A DNA stretch of 64,000 bases from an uncultured delta proteobacterium (lineage in GTDB: Bacteria > Desulfobacterota > Desulfobaccia > Desulfobaccales > 0-14-0-80-60-11). The translations under genes were made by a program, and so were the position numbers. Below are positions 20,134 through 29,823 of this stretch, piece by piece. The notes under the pieces were generated by a model, which saw only the letters and a list, made by a program, of their open reading frames with translations, was not told the origin of the DNA and did not search any database. The stretch is from the NCBI GenBank assembly GCA_963812015.1, contig CAWETI010000002.1, forward strand, positions 640,001-704,000, in the 5' to 3' direction. Position 1 is the stretch's first letter, and every line of letters starts with the position of its first letter.

Positions 20134-21483
20134 ATGGGTTACGACCCCGAGACTTTGGTGCAGTGGGACCGGGAGCATCTCTGGCATCCCTTTACCCAGA
20201 TGCGGGGCTTTAAAGAAGAAGCCCCCCTGATTATCAGCCGGGGAGAAGGGGTTTACCTCTATGACCTCCAGGGCAACCGCTACCTGGACGGGGTTTCTTC
20301 CCTGTGGGCCAATCTCCATGGGCACCGGCGCCCAGAATTGGACCGGGCCCTGGTGGCGCAGGTTTCCCTGGTGGCCCACAGCACCATGTTGGGGATCGCC
20401 CATCCCCCCGCCATCCTCCTGGCCCGCCGCCTGGTGGAAATCGCCCCGCCGGGCCTGAACAAGGTGTTCTTTTCGGACAACGGCTCCACCGCGGTGGAGG
20501 TGGCCCTGAAGGTGGCCTTCCAATTCTGGCGGAACCGGGGCCAGAGCCGGAAACAGCGCTTCCTGAAGCTCAGCGGCGCCTATCACGGCGACACCCTGGG
20601 GGCGGTGTCGGTGGGCGGCATCCCCTTATTCCATGAGATTTACCAGCCGCTCTTGTTTGACACCCTGGAGGCCCCGGCGCCCTACTGCTACCGGTGTCCC
20701 CACGGACAAGATTGTCGGGAGCAGTGTCTCGCCGGGCTGGAAGAACTGGTGGCCGCGCACCACCAGGAACTGGCCGCGGTGATCGTCGAGCCGGTGATGC
20801 AGGGCGCCGCGGGCATGATCCCCCAGCCCCCCGGTTATCTGGCGAAGGTCAGGGACGTGACCCGGCGCCATGACGTGCTCCTCATCGCCGATGAGGTGGC
20901 CGTGGGCTTCGGCCGCACCGGGAAGATGTTCGCCTGCGAACATGAAGGGGTGAGCCCCGATCTGCTCTGTCTGGCCAAAGGCATCACCGGGGGCTACCTG
21001 CCCCTGGCCGCCACCCTGGCTACCGACGACATCTACCAGGCTTTTTTGGGGGAATACCAGGAATTCAAGGCGTTCTTCCACGGGCACACCTATACCGGCA
21101 ACCCCCTGGGCGCCGCAGTGGGCCTGGCCAGCCTGGATATCTTCGTACAAGACCGGGTGCTGGAGGGGCTCCCGGCCAAGATCGAGCTCCTGGCCCAACG
21201 TCTGGCCCAGATGGCCGGCCAGCCCCACGTGGGGGATATCCGGCAGCGGGGCCTGATGGTGGGCCTCGAGTTGGTGGCCGATAAGGGCACCCGGGAACCC
21301 TTCCCCATGGCGCGGCGCACCGGGCACCGGGTGATTCTGGCGGCCCGGGAGCTGGGGGCCATCTTGCGCCCCCTGGGGGATGTCATCGTGCTGCTGCCGC
21401 CCCTGTGCATCACCGCGAGAGAACTGGACACCCTGTGTGACATCACCGCCGCGGCCATCGCCCAGGGCACGTCAGGGGATTAG
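20134..21483 (+). CDS. bioA: Adenosylmethionine-8-amino-7-oxononanoate transaminase
   Basis: WHPFTQM, SSLWANLHGH, NGSTAVEVALK, DEVAVGFGRTG, AKGITGGYLP, HGHTYTGNP. Confidence 0.93.
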   Translation: MGYDPETLVQWDREHLWHPFTQMRGFKEEAPLIISRGEGVYLYDLQGNRYLDGVSSLWANLHGHRRPELDRALVAQVSLVAHSTMLGIAHPPAILLARRLVEIAPPGLNKVFFSDNGSTAVEVALKVAFQFWRNRGQSRKQRFLKLSGAYHGDTLGAVSVGGIPLFHEIYQPLLFDTLEAPAPYCYRCPHGQDCREQCLAGLEELVAAHHQELAAVIVEPVMQGAAGMIPQPPGYLAKVRDVTRRHDVLLIADEVAVGFGRTGKMFACEHEGVSPDLLCLAKGITGGYLPLAATLATDDIYQAFLGEYQEFKAFFHGHTYTGNPLGAAVGLASLDIFVQDRVLEGLPAKIELLAQRLAQMAGQPHVGDIRQRGLMVGLELVADKGTREPFPMARRTGHRVILAARELGAILRPLGDVIVLLPPLCITARELDTLCDITAAAIAQGTSGD

Positions 21484-21492
21484 GCAGTAAAG

Positions 21493-21513
21493 GTAGGGTG
21501 GGCCCTGCCCACC
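21493..21513. repeat. REP-like palindrome (GTAG type)
   Basis: GTAG followed by the GGTGGGC-CCT-GCCCACC hairpin just after the bioA stop. Confidence 0.5.
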
Positions 21514-21592
21514 ACATGGTTTTTTCGTTCCCAGGCAGGAGCTTGGAAATGAGTTGAGCTCAATTCATTGAATTCGGTGAGAACCGGAAAAT

Positions 21593-21859
21593 ATGCTCTA
21601 TACCACCCGCAGAGGCGAATCATTTGACGTGGGAAAAGATTTTTCCTCGCCGGAACGCCACATCCTCCAGAAGTTGTTTTTATGGAGAGACATGGCTGCC
21701 AGTGTGGAGGAATTCCGACTGAAGAAGCAGGAGGCCTTGCACAAAGGCTGGGGCGATTCCGGCCCCATTCAGGAAAGCCGCAATCTGCAAAGTATCACCC
21801 AAGATTTTGAAGAGCAGGTCGCCCGGCGACTACGGTCGGCGACGCCGGACCAGGGATGA
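21593..21859 (+). CDS. Hypothetical protein
   Basis: 88-aa ORF, co-oriented, fills the gap after bioA. Confidence 0.65.
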   Translation: MLYTTRRGESFDVGKDFSSPERHILQKLFLWRDMAASVEEFRLKKQEALHKGWGDSGPIQESRNLQSITQDFEEQVARRLRSATPDQG

Positions 21860-21930
21860 CGGAGGGGTGAAAGACATCAACCTATTGATTTTTCAAGTAA
21901 CTTATCTCATTTTATTCTGAGAGGACCACC

Positions 21931-22122
21931 ATGAAAACCTGGTCTTGGTTGCTCTTGGCCATGCTTGCGCTTATGGTGGGCTGCGCTCCGGGATACGAGG
22001 CCCCAAAGCCGGCCTACCCAACCGAGGCTCCCGCTTTTCGGGATACCGGGATGTGGCATCAAAACCCCGAGACCGAGTCCGAGCGGGAGCTGCGGATATG
22101 GCGTGAAGAGTCCGGCCGCTGA
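21931..22122 (+). CDS. Small putative lipoprotein
   Basis: GAGGA RBS. MKTWSWLLLAMLALMVGC signal peptide with lipobox. Confidence 0.7.
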   Translation: MKTWSWLLLAMLALMVGCAPGYEAPKPAYPTEAPAFRDTGMWHQNPETESERELRIWREESGR

Positions 22123-22363
22123 CCGCATGGTTGGCGATCCCCGGCTTAAGTAATGGAGGGCGGGCCTTGCCTGCCATATATGGTGCGCCGTGTGCACCCG
22201 ACACCAAGCCCAGGCCGGACGCCTGTGCCACCAATGCATCATAATGCTTCAGGGCAGTTATTCATGGGCCTTTGGCCCACCCGTAAATTATGAAAAGTTT
22301 ATGATTTGCATACCCCTGACTTTGAACCTTGAACCTGGAACTTTTCGGAACAGAGACAAAACC

Positions 22364-23461
22364 TTGGACCAGCTTCTTGCCGTAGCCGAGCAGTTTACCC
22401 CGCCGGGGCAGGTCCTGGGCCTCCGGGAATATGGCTCCGGCAATGTCAATGACACCTTCCTGGTAACCCTGGAGGGCGCGGCAGAACCGTACTTTATCCT
22501 GCAACGCCTCAATCCCCGGGTATTTCGCCGGCCCGAACTGGTCATGGGAAACCTTCGCACCGTGAGCGACCATGTGCGCCGGCGTTTAGCAGTTGCCCCC
22601 CTCAGCCCCGGACGCCGCTGGGAGGTGCCGCAGGTTAGGTTGACCCGGGACGGCCAGGACCATTTTATTGATCCCGAAGGGTCGTTCTGGCGGGCCCTCA
22701 GCTTTATTGAGGCCGCCGAAACCTTTGACATCATCAAAGATGTGGGGCAGGCGAAGGAAGTCGGCTATGCTCTGGGCATGTTCCATGGCTTCTTGAGCGA
22801 TTTGCCCCCGGAAAGACTGGCCGACACCCTGCCCGGGTTCCACCAGACGCCGGGGTATCTTAAGCACTATGACGAGGTCCTGGCGCAACCTGGGCCCCGC
22901 CAATCCCCCGAAGTGAATTATGCTTTACGGTTTGTTGAGGAGCGCAGAACCTGCGCGGCCGTCCTGGAGCAGGCCCGGGCCCAAGGTCGGCTCGCACTCC
23001 GCCCGATCCACGGCGACCCCAAGGTCAACAACGTCATGATGGACATCGCCACCGGGCAGGCCGTCAGCATGGTGGACCTGGACACCGTCAAGCCCGGCCT
23101 GGTGCATTATGATATCGGCGACTGCCTCCGGTCGGGCGGCAATCCCCTGGGCGAAGAAACCGGGGACTGGGAGTGGGTGCGCTTCGAGGCGGAACTCTGC
23201 CGGGCTATCCTGACAGGCTATCTCTCCCTGGCGAAAGGCTTCCTCACCGAGGACGACTATGCCCATCTGTACGATGCCATCCGCCTCATCACCTTCGAGT
23301 TGGGGCTGAGGTTTTTTACCGACTATCTGGCCGGCAATGTCTACTTCAAGGCCAGGCGCCCGGAACACAATCTGGCCCGGGCCCTGGTCCAATTCAAGCT
23401 GACCGAGAGCATTGAAGCCCAGGCCGCCGCCATTCATGCCATTATCCGGGAACTGAAATGA
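22364..23461 (+). CDS. Aminoglycoside phosphotransferase (APH)-like kinase
   Basis: GSGNVNDT, ILQRLN, IHGDPKVNN, VDLDT. TTG start chosen but uncertain. Confidence 0.88.
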   Translation: MDQLLAVAEQFTPPGQVLGLREYGSGNVNDTFLVTLEGAAEPYFILQRLNPRVFRRPELVMGNLRTVSDHVRRRLAVAPLSPGRRWEVPQVRLTRDGQDHFIDPEGSFWRALSFIEAAETFDIIKDVGQAKEVGYALGMFHGFLSDLPPERLADTLPGFHQTPGYLKHYDEVLAQPGPRQSPEVNYALRFVEERRTCAAVLEQARAQGRLALRPIHGDPKVNNVMMDIATGQAVSMVDLDTVKPGLVHYDIGDCLRSGGNPLGEETGDWEWVRFEAELCRAILTGYLSLAKGFLTEDDYAHLYDAIRLITFELGLRFFTDYLAGNVYFKARRPEHNLARALVQFKLTESIEAQAAAIHAIIRELK

Positions 23462-24003
23462 ACGGCCGCAACTTTTCCCTCCAGCCATTTTCCCCAATCA
23501 GCCCGCGCCTCGATATTACGATGAGCGGCAGCATCATTCGGCGCGCCCATAAACTTGCCATCCGCTATGAACTCAGCGGCCAGTTGGGGAAACTCGTCAT
23601 TCCGGCCCCGGCCTCCACGCCGGCCCGCCGGCACGGGCTTTGGCAAGCAACTTGTTTCGAGTTTTTTCTTGGGGTCAAGCAGGCGCGGCGATATTGGGAA
23701 TTCAACCTGTCCCCCGCCGGGGATTGGAACGTCTATCGCTTTGCCGCGTATCGACAGGGGGTTAAAGAGGAAATGGCCTTTACCTCACTCCCAGTGAGCC
23801 TCCGGCCCGAACCGGACTCGGTGCGGCTGGCCCTGGAAGTGGATTTGGGCAGCATCATCCCGGCGGACCAGCCCCTGGAGGTTGGCATTGCGGCAGTCAT
23901 CCAGCTCGCCGGCGGCGGGCTGACTTACTGGGCCTTGACCCATGGCGGCCTCCAGCCCGACTTTCACCGGCGGGACAGTTTTATCGTCGCCTTGTCAGCC
24001 TGA
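23458..24003 (+). CDS. DOMON-like domain protein
   Basis: LWQATCFEFF, YWEFNLSPAGDW..Y.F..YR, YWAL.H...PDFH. Overlaps the kinase stop. Confidence 0.8.
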   Translation: MNGRNFSLQPFSPISPRLDITMSGSIIRRAHKLAIRYELSGQLGKLVIPAPASTPARRHGLWQATCFEFFLGVKQARRYWEFNLSPAGDWNVYRFAAYRQGVKEEMAFTSLPVSLRPEPDSVRLALEVDLGSIIPADQPLEVGIAAVIQLAGGGLTYWALTHGGLQPDFHRRDSFIVALSA

Positions 24004-24061
24004 ACCCGGGCGGAGGGTGCGCCTCTAAAATAATTTGGCAAGATACTTCCGGAATATAACC

Positions 24062-24787
24062 CTAAGGTCCGCCGCCCCGGGCGTTTTTGAGCATGGCGAT
24101 GGGCTTGGCCATATCGAGGATGTGTTGATGAATCGCGGCCAGGAGGTTACCGGGGACGCCCATCATGAGGTGGCAGGCGTCCAGGGCCGACTTCAGGCGG
24201 CACCCCAGGCCCAGAAAGGTGACGTTGGGGACCCCCTGCAGCAGGGGCAGAGCGGTGATATCCGCACAGCCCCCCAGGGCCCCCCCCGACTGGGGCAGGT
24301 CCATTCTCCCGCCTCGCTCGTAGTTCACCGCATAGAGGAGCCACATGACCTGCTCGCTGTCGGCCGCGAACACCACGACCTGGGGCTGGTCCCGGAAGGC
24401 GGATAGGGGTGCAATCAGGACCGCCCGGGTCTTGCCCTTTTCCAGGTAGGTGGAGTTGAGGATGGTGGCGGCGGAAGCCTCTTCGGAGCCATAGAGGCCC
24501 ACGCCGTATTTTTCCAGGACGCCGTCATCCAAAAAGGCCTCCGGGTCGGTCTCGAGCCCCAGCACCGAGGTGCCCAGCTTGCAGCCCATCTGGTCTTTCT
24601 TTAAGAGCAGGGTGCGGCCTTTCCCGGCCAGGACCAGGGCCTGGCAATAGCTCTTCAGCTTATCCGTGGCGAAGGGCAGATCGGGCGGGAGGGGGTCGGT
24701 TTCCCGGTAGAGGGTGACGCCCACGGGTTCATAGGTGAGGTCCAGGCCGGCCACCAGGTCATGGGACATGGCCTTGAAAGGGCTCAT
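24062..24787 (-). CDS. DUF169-like protein
   Basis: PVGV, SYCQAL, GCKLG, GCAD, LGCR Cys pattern. GGAG RBS. Confidence 0.7.
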   Translation of the reverse strand: MSPFKAMSHDLVAGLDLTYEPVGVTLYRETDPLPPDLPFATDKLKSYCQALVLAGKGRTLLLKKDQMGCKLGTSVLGLETDPEAFLDDGVLEKYGVGLYGSEEASAATILNSTYLEKGKTRAVLIAPLSAFRDQPQVVVFAADSEQVMWLLYAVNYERGGRMDLPQSGGALGGCADITALPLLQGVPNVTFLGLGCRLKSALDACHLMMGVPGNLLAAIHQHILDMAKPIAMLKNARGGGP

Positions 24788-25055
24788 AAGGCACTCCATC
24801 TTGTCAAGATACTCAGAGTTTGTGGGTCCCTTGTAGCACAATTTTCCCAACCGGGCAACCGGCCGGGGCTGACCGAGGGCGGCTCACTCTGCGCCCCAGG
24901 ATTATGGGGCCGGTCTCCTGAGGGTCGGGCTGAATTCCCCGCATTTCTTCTTGGCGGGGGTTTTTTCATCTTGACGGCTTCGCTGAAAATCATATGGTGA
25001 GAATAGCTTATCTCAGGTAACCGGCCAACGAAGGGCGAAGCAGCGGGGGTAAAGG

Positions 25056-26072
25056 ATGGCAACGCCAAAAACGATGCGGGCCATGGTGCTGGAGCAGCCT
25101 GGGCAGCCCCTTAAGTGGTTGGAAGTGCCGGTGCCGACGCCGGGGCCGGAGCAGGTGCTTATTCGCGTCCATACCTGCGGGGTCTGCCGCACCGACCTCC
25201 ACGTGGTGGACGGCGAACTGCCCCATCCCAAACTGCCCCTGATCCTGGGCCATGAAATTGTGGGCACGGTGGTGGAGACCGGCAGTGCGGTCCGGCAGTT
25301 TCAGATCGGGGAGCGCCTCGGGGTGCCGTGGCTGGGTTATACCTGCGGCCGGTGCCGTTACTGTCGCCGGGGCCGGGAGAACCTGTGCGATCACCCCCGG
25401 TTCACCGGTTACACCCTGGACGGGGGATACGCCGAATACGCCGTGGCCGACCAGCGCTACAGTTTCTCCCTGCCGCCGGCCTACGGCGACGCTGAGGCGG
25501 CGCCGCTGCTGTGCGCCGGGCTCATCGGCTACCGCTCCTACCGCATGGCCCGGGACGCCGGGGAGCGGTTGGGGATTTACGGGTTTGGGGCCGCGGCCCA
25601 CATCGCCATCCAGATCGCGGTGTACCAGGGGAAAAAGGTCTATGCCTTCACCCGGGCGGGGGACGCCGAGACCCAGGAGTTTGCCCGCCGGCTGGGGGCG
25701 GTGTGGGCCGGGAGCTCCGAAGTGCGGCCCCCGGAGGAACTTGACGCCGCCATCATCTTTGCGCCGGTGGGCTCCCTTATCCCCGCGGCCCTCAGGGCTT
25801 CGGCCAAAGGTGGGGTCGTGGTCAGCGGCGGCATCCACATGAGCGACATCCCGTCGTTCCCCTACGACATTCTCTGGGGGGAGCGGATGGTGCGTTCGGT
25901 GGCCAACCTGACCCGCCGCGACGGCGAGGAGTTTCTTCAGCTCGCTCCCCAGGTGCCGGTCAAGACCGAAGTGCAGACCTTTCCCCTGGAGCAGGCCAAT
26001 GAGGCCCTAGATCAGTTGCGCCGGGGCCGGATCCAGGGGGCGGCGGTGTTGGTGGTGGGGGAAAAAGAATAG
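25056..26072 (+). CDS. Zinc-dependent alcohol dehydrogenase family protein
   Basis: CGVCRTDLH, GHEIVG, CGRCRYC...C, GIYGFGAAA. Confidence 0.95.
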   Translation: MATPKTMRAMVLEQPGQPLKWLEVPVPTPGPEQVLIRVHTCGVCRTDLHVVDGELPHPKLPLILGHEIVGTVVETGSAVRQFQIGERLGVPWLGYTCGRCRYCRRGRENLCDHPRFTGYTLDGGYAEYAVADQRYSFSLPPAYGDAEAAPLLCAGLIGYRSYRMARDAGERLGIYGFGAAAHIAIQIAVYQGKKVYAFTRAGDAETQEFARRLGAVWAGSSEVRPPEELDAAIIFAPVGSLIPAALRASAKGGVVVSGGIHMSDIPSFPYDILWGERMVRSVANLTRRDGEEFLQLAPQVPVKTEVQTFPLEQANEALDQLRRGRIQGAAVLVVGEKE

Positions 26073-26150
26073 TTGAGGAGAGGGCTGGGGGAACCAGTTT
26101 CCCCACCCTCCCCTCAAACTCATCTCCCAGTCGCCTGTAAAGGAAGATTG

Positions 26151-26174
26151 GTGGCGCAGGCGTCTCGCCTGTGC
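26151..26174. repeat. REP-like palindrome (GTGG type)
   Basis: GTG followed by the imperfect hairpin GCGCAGGCG-TCT-CGCCTGTGC in an intergenic spacer. Confidence 0.45.
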
Positions 26175-26188
26175 AGGAAACCAGCGTC

Positions 26189-26632
26189 ATGCCGACACCC
26201 AAGGTCCTGTTCATCTGTTTGGGAAACTCCTGCCGCAGCATCATGGCCGAGGCCCTGACCCGGCACCGGTGCGGGGATCGCTGGGCCCCGGCTTCCGCCG
26301 GTCTCAACCCCCTGGGGTGGGTGGCCCCGGAGACCCTGGAGGTTTTGACGGAGATGGGGGTGAGCACCGCGGGGCTGCGCTCCAAGGGCCTGGAAGAGTT
26401 CGACCTTGGGGAGTTTCATCTCCTGGTCAACCTTTCCGACCATTCCCTGGGAGGGCGCCTCTCGCCCGTTTCCCCTGACCGATTGATCCACCGCCCGGTG
26501 CTTGACCCCTTCGGTGGCAGCCTGACGGTTTATCGCCGCAGCCGGGACGCCATCATGGAGGTAGTCATCCGGGAACTCTGCCGGGTGAAAAGGGGCAAAG
26601 ACCAGGCGCTGCCGAGGTGCTCTGATGGATAA
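26189..26632 (+). CDS. Low molecular weight phosphatase / ArsC family protein
   Basis: LFICLGNSCRS P-loop, SAG and DP motifs. Confidence 0.88.
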   Translation: MPTPKVLFICLGNSCRSIMAEALTRHRCGDRWAPASAGLNPLGWVAPETLEVLTEMGVSTAGLRSKGLEEFDLGEFHLLVNLSDHSLGGRLSPVSPDRLIHRPVLDPFGGSLTVYRRSRDAIMEVVIRELCRVKRGKDQALPRCSDG

Positions 26633-26854
26633 AATTCGGATGGGGCCGGCTGGCCGGCGGTGGGCCAGCCATCAGGGCGACAGCCATGAAGTGTAATTGT
26701 TAGGACTGGGGATTTCCGAAGCGATACCGCGCTCAGACTGAAAGCTCTTGGCGCCGGCGCCCGCCGGTTTCAGGTTGGACCGTTCTCTGAAGGATTTTCT
26801 TCAAACCCGGATATCTTGAGGAACGCCGGGGCCTTTTGAGGGAGCACCAGTTCT

Positions 26855-27778
26855 ATGCAAGCGGAAAAACACCAGATGTGGGGCAAATACCTGGGTTGTA
26901 TGCTGGGCGGCGCCCTGGGAGATGCCATCGGCGAACTGGCCTTCCGCTTTGCGGAAGAGGGCCGGCTCCGGGCCGCCATTGCCGCCACCCCCCTGTTGCG
27001 CTACACCGACGACACGGCCATGGCCATTGGTGTGGCCGAATCCCTGATCGAGAGGGGGGACTTGGATCCTCCCCACCTGGGCCGGACCTTTCACCGCCAT
27101 TTCAACCGGGAACCTTGGAGAGGGTACGCTTCCGGTCCCCCCAGCATCTTTCAACAGGTGGAAACCTCTGGTCTCACTTACGAGGAGGCGGCCCGGCATC
27201 TGTTCGGGGGCCAGGGCTCCCTGGGTAACGGGGCGGCCATGCGGGTGGCCCCCCTGGGGTTGTTCTATCACGACGCTCCGGACCTGTATACTAAGGCCGT
27301 GGCATCCGCCGCGGTCACCCACGCCCATCCCCTGGCCCAGGATGGGGCCGCAGTCCAGGCCGACGCCGTGGCCATGGCGGTTCACCTGGACCCGGGGGAC
27401 CCCTTCCCCCGAGCCGCCTTCGTGAAGCGGATGCTCTTGCTGGCCAAAACTCCGGAGCTCAAAGAGAAATTATCCCTGGTCAGAGCATTGTTGAAGAGTA
27501 GGGTTCCCGGTCCGGAGGCGGCTAGAATCTTGGGCAAGTCGGTCATGATCCACGAGTCCCTGCCTTTTGCCCTCTATGCTTTTCTGGCCTGGCCCCATTC
27601 CTTTGAAAACTGCCTCCTGAACGCAGTGCTGAGCGGCGGGGACCGGGACACCCTGGGCGCCATGGCGGGGGCTATATCCGGCGCTTACTTGGGCGCGGCG
27701 GCCATCACCGCGCTCTGGCGGGAAAAACTGGAAAACCAAGACCTCATTGCAAAGCTGGCTCTGGCTCTCCTGGTGTAA
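26855..27778 (+). CDS. ADP-ribosylglycohydrolase family protein
   Basis: GGALGDAIG, YTDDT, GNGAAMR, GGDRDT. Confidence 0.93.
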   Translation: MQAEKHQMWGKYLGCMLGGALGDAIGELAFRFAEEGRLRAAIAATPLLRYTDDTAMAIGVAESLIERGDLDPPHLGRTFHRHFNREPWRGYASGPPSIFQQVETSGLTYEEAARHLFGGQGSLGNGAAMRVAPLGLFYHDAPDLYTKAVASAAVTHAHPLAQDGAAVQADAVAMAVHLDPGDPFPRAAFVKRMLLLAKTPELKEKLSLVRALLKSRVPGPEAARILGKSVMIHESLPFALYAFLAWPHSFENCLLNAVLSGGDRDTLGAMAGAISGAYLGAAAITALWREKLENQDLIAKLALALLV

Positions 27779-27934
27779 TCGCCTGCTTCTACGGCGCTCT
27801 GCGGCCGGCGCGGCGCCAGTGATTCGACGGTCATCCGGTGTGACAATCTTACGGGAAGTATGGGTGGCAGAAATCATCGTGAGCTTAGCAATCGATTCCC
27901 GATGAAGATTCTCCCGGGGAACTGTAGTGAAAGG

Positions 27935-27963
27935 TTGGCAAATTTGGGTAAGAAGTGTAAAAT
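27935..27963 (+). promoter_or_regulatory. sigma70 promoter of tRNA-Thr
   Basis: TTGGCA-17 nt-TAAAAT, 12 nt upstream of the tRNA. Confidence 0.7.
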
Positions 27964-27975
27964 TTTAACGATAAA

Positions 27976-28050
27976 GCCGGCATAGCTCAGTGGTAGAGCA
28001 GCTGATTCGTAATCAGCAGGCCCGGGGTTCGACCCCCCGTGCCGGCTCCA
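27976..28050 (+). tRNA. tRNA-Thr(CGT)
   Basis: GCCGGCA/TGCCGGC acceptor stem, anticodon arm GCTGA-TTCGTAA-TCAGC, GGTTCGA T-loop, encoded CCA. Confidence 0.97.
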
Positions 28051-28061
28051 ATGAAATCAAT

Positions 28062-28084
28062 GGGTTAGCTGAAGCGGCTAACCC
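28062..28084 (+). terminator. Hairpin downstream of the tRNA
   Basis: GGGTTAGC-TGAAGCG-GCTAACCC followed by an AT-rich tract without a long U-run. Confidence 0.5.
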
Positions 28085-28096
28085 TATAATTATTCT

Positions 28097-28118
28097 GGGC
28101 TACCAATCGGGCTACCAA
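28097..28118 (+). repeat. Tandem 10-bp direct repeat, possible integrase arm-type sites
   Basis: GGGCTACCAA at 28097 and at 28109. Confidence 0.55.
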
Positions 28119-28870
28119 AAATGTGGGGGCTGGGAGCCTGAAATAAAAAAGGGCAGGAAGATAATAGAGGTATCCCCCCAGACCGCAACCCTCTAACGCC
28201 CCGTCCCTGGCCCCGTTTCATAATCATACGGCCCGGAAGGTTGGGATGGGCGCCAGGTACAAGTAGCCCTCCTTTCTACCCCAGGCCTCTCGACCTGGCC
28301 CCGTGGGCCAGAGCCAGGTCAGAGCATCTGGACCCGAGCATGGCGAAGGACATTCCTTTCTTATGGCCGCCGCCCCTCGGCGCCCACGCTCATGCCTCTA
28401 ACCGGGACTGCCGCCTGCCCGCGTCCCTTCCCCGAATCGCACCCAGCTCCAACCCCGAAACCCAAACCCCGGGACCCGGGACTCCCCCCCCCCATACTAT
28501 AAATGCCACGGTGGCACCTGACTTGACAAAACCATTCAAGCCGTTTTCATCTCAGGAAAACCCCGGCAGAAATCACCTCCCCCTTTCTTCCGGTTCCCCA
28601 AAATTTTTAAAACCCAAAATCCGGCCTGGGTACCGGGCGGCGTTGGTCTGGGGGATGGTTCCGGCGGACCCCTGGCCGCGTGGCAAGGCTACTCATGCCC
28701 CTTTCTTCCCTTGGGTGCCCCCTTTGTGGACCGTGGTGGGGCTGTGAGTGGTCCTGAGAGCAGTTGATTTATCGTTCCCGGGGACGGTTTAAGGGTGCGT
28801 TTTGGTGTAGGTGCCTTCACCGGGCGGGTTCGGTCAGGAGCGAGGCGACGGACTCTTTGAGGGGCCCACT

Positions 28871-29117
28871 GGTGCACCATTAACGGGCGGTGCTGACTTG
28901 ACGTCCTTAGGCTTACCAGCCAGATAGCATCTGGTCGCCGAGGGATCGGTATGATTGACATTTGGGGGAAATTGATTTTCCGCCCAAATTTGTGCTATTT
29001 TGTCACCTGTGAGAAGAATTGGCTTCGAGAAGAGGACCGCTTGGGAGATTTTACTCGGGCAAAGAGGTTTCAAGACCTCGTTGCGAAAGAAATAGCATGG
29101 ATGCCGCATAATCTTAG
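28871..29117 (+). mobile_element. IS1380 right-end remnant
   Basis: Clear homology to the reverse complement of about 7997-8245 (shared TAGCATCTGGTCGCCGAGGGAT and TTTCCGCCCAAATTTGTGCTATTTT), ending in TGCCGCATAATC. Confidence 0.85.
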
Positions 29118-29149
29118 TTTTGATATGCAGTTTTAGGGGGATTAAGGCG

Positions 29150-29752
29150 ATGGAAAAAAATGAGCTGACGATTATAGCTTATCACGAGGCGGGCCATGCT
29201 GTTATGTATTATGTAACAAAAAAGAAACATATGGGTGTGTCAATAATACCAGATGGAAGCAATTTGGGTATTGTTAAAGAGGCTCCGATCGACACTCATA
29301 GTCTAAGCTATAATCACTATCGAGAGGCAATTATAATGATGGCTGGTAGAATAGCTGAAAGTATATATAGGGCAGAAGAAATTGATTTTTCTGGCTGTAT
29401 AATGGATGCCGCAGATTATGGTGTTGGATTTTACGATCCAGGCGAAACTCTCGATGCTTTTTTAAATTATATATTCCATTATACACACGATTTAGTGAAG
29501 AAATGGTGGCCTGAAATCGAAATGTTAGCAAAAGAACTTTTGGATAAGAAAGAGCTTAGTTATGTAAAGGCATACAAATTGATAAAAGAAACTCATAAGC
29601 GCAGAATACTTGGTGAAAGATATGAAGAGGAAAAAGATAAGGATAAATTAATGAGAAAGAAATTGATGGAGTATGGCAGAAAACATAAAATTCAAGAATT
29701 AAAGTTTAAAATAGAAAGCTTACAAAAGAAGTTAGAAACGCTAATAGCTTAA
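29150..29752 (+). CDS. Stand-alone peptidase M41-like (HExxH) protein
   Basis: IAYHEAGHAV and MMAGRIAE, with no AAA or TM domains. Confidence 0.7.
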   Translation: MEKNELTIIAYHEAGHAVMYYVTKKKHMGVSIIPDGSNLGIVKEAPIDTHSLSYNHYREAIIMMAGRIAESIYRAEEIDFSGCIMDAADYGVGFYDPGETLDAFLNYIFHYTHDLVKKWWPEIEMLAKELLDKKELSYVKAYKLIKETHKRRILGERYEEEKDKDKLMRKKLMEYGRKHKIQELKFKIESLQKKLETLIA

Positions 29753-29823
29753 TAATAATATCTCAGGCTTGGTAATCATTATAGATCTAAAATAATTCTA
29801 AGAAGCTTATACTCCAATCTTGG

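Noticed and set aside
13794..27385. Long antisense ORFs (13794-14906, 19948-20586, 20626-21327, 25008-25838, 26801-27385)
   Set aside because: They overlap well-supported genes on the other strand and are typical of GC-rich DNA.
27990..28747. ORFs at 27990-28196 and 28241-28747
   Set aside because: The first overlaps the tRNA and the second is Pro-rich low-complexity sequence with no motif.
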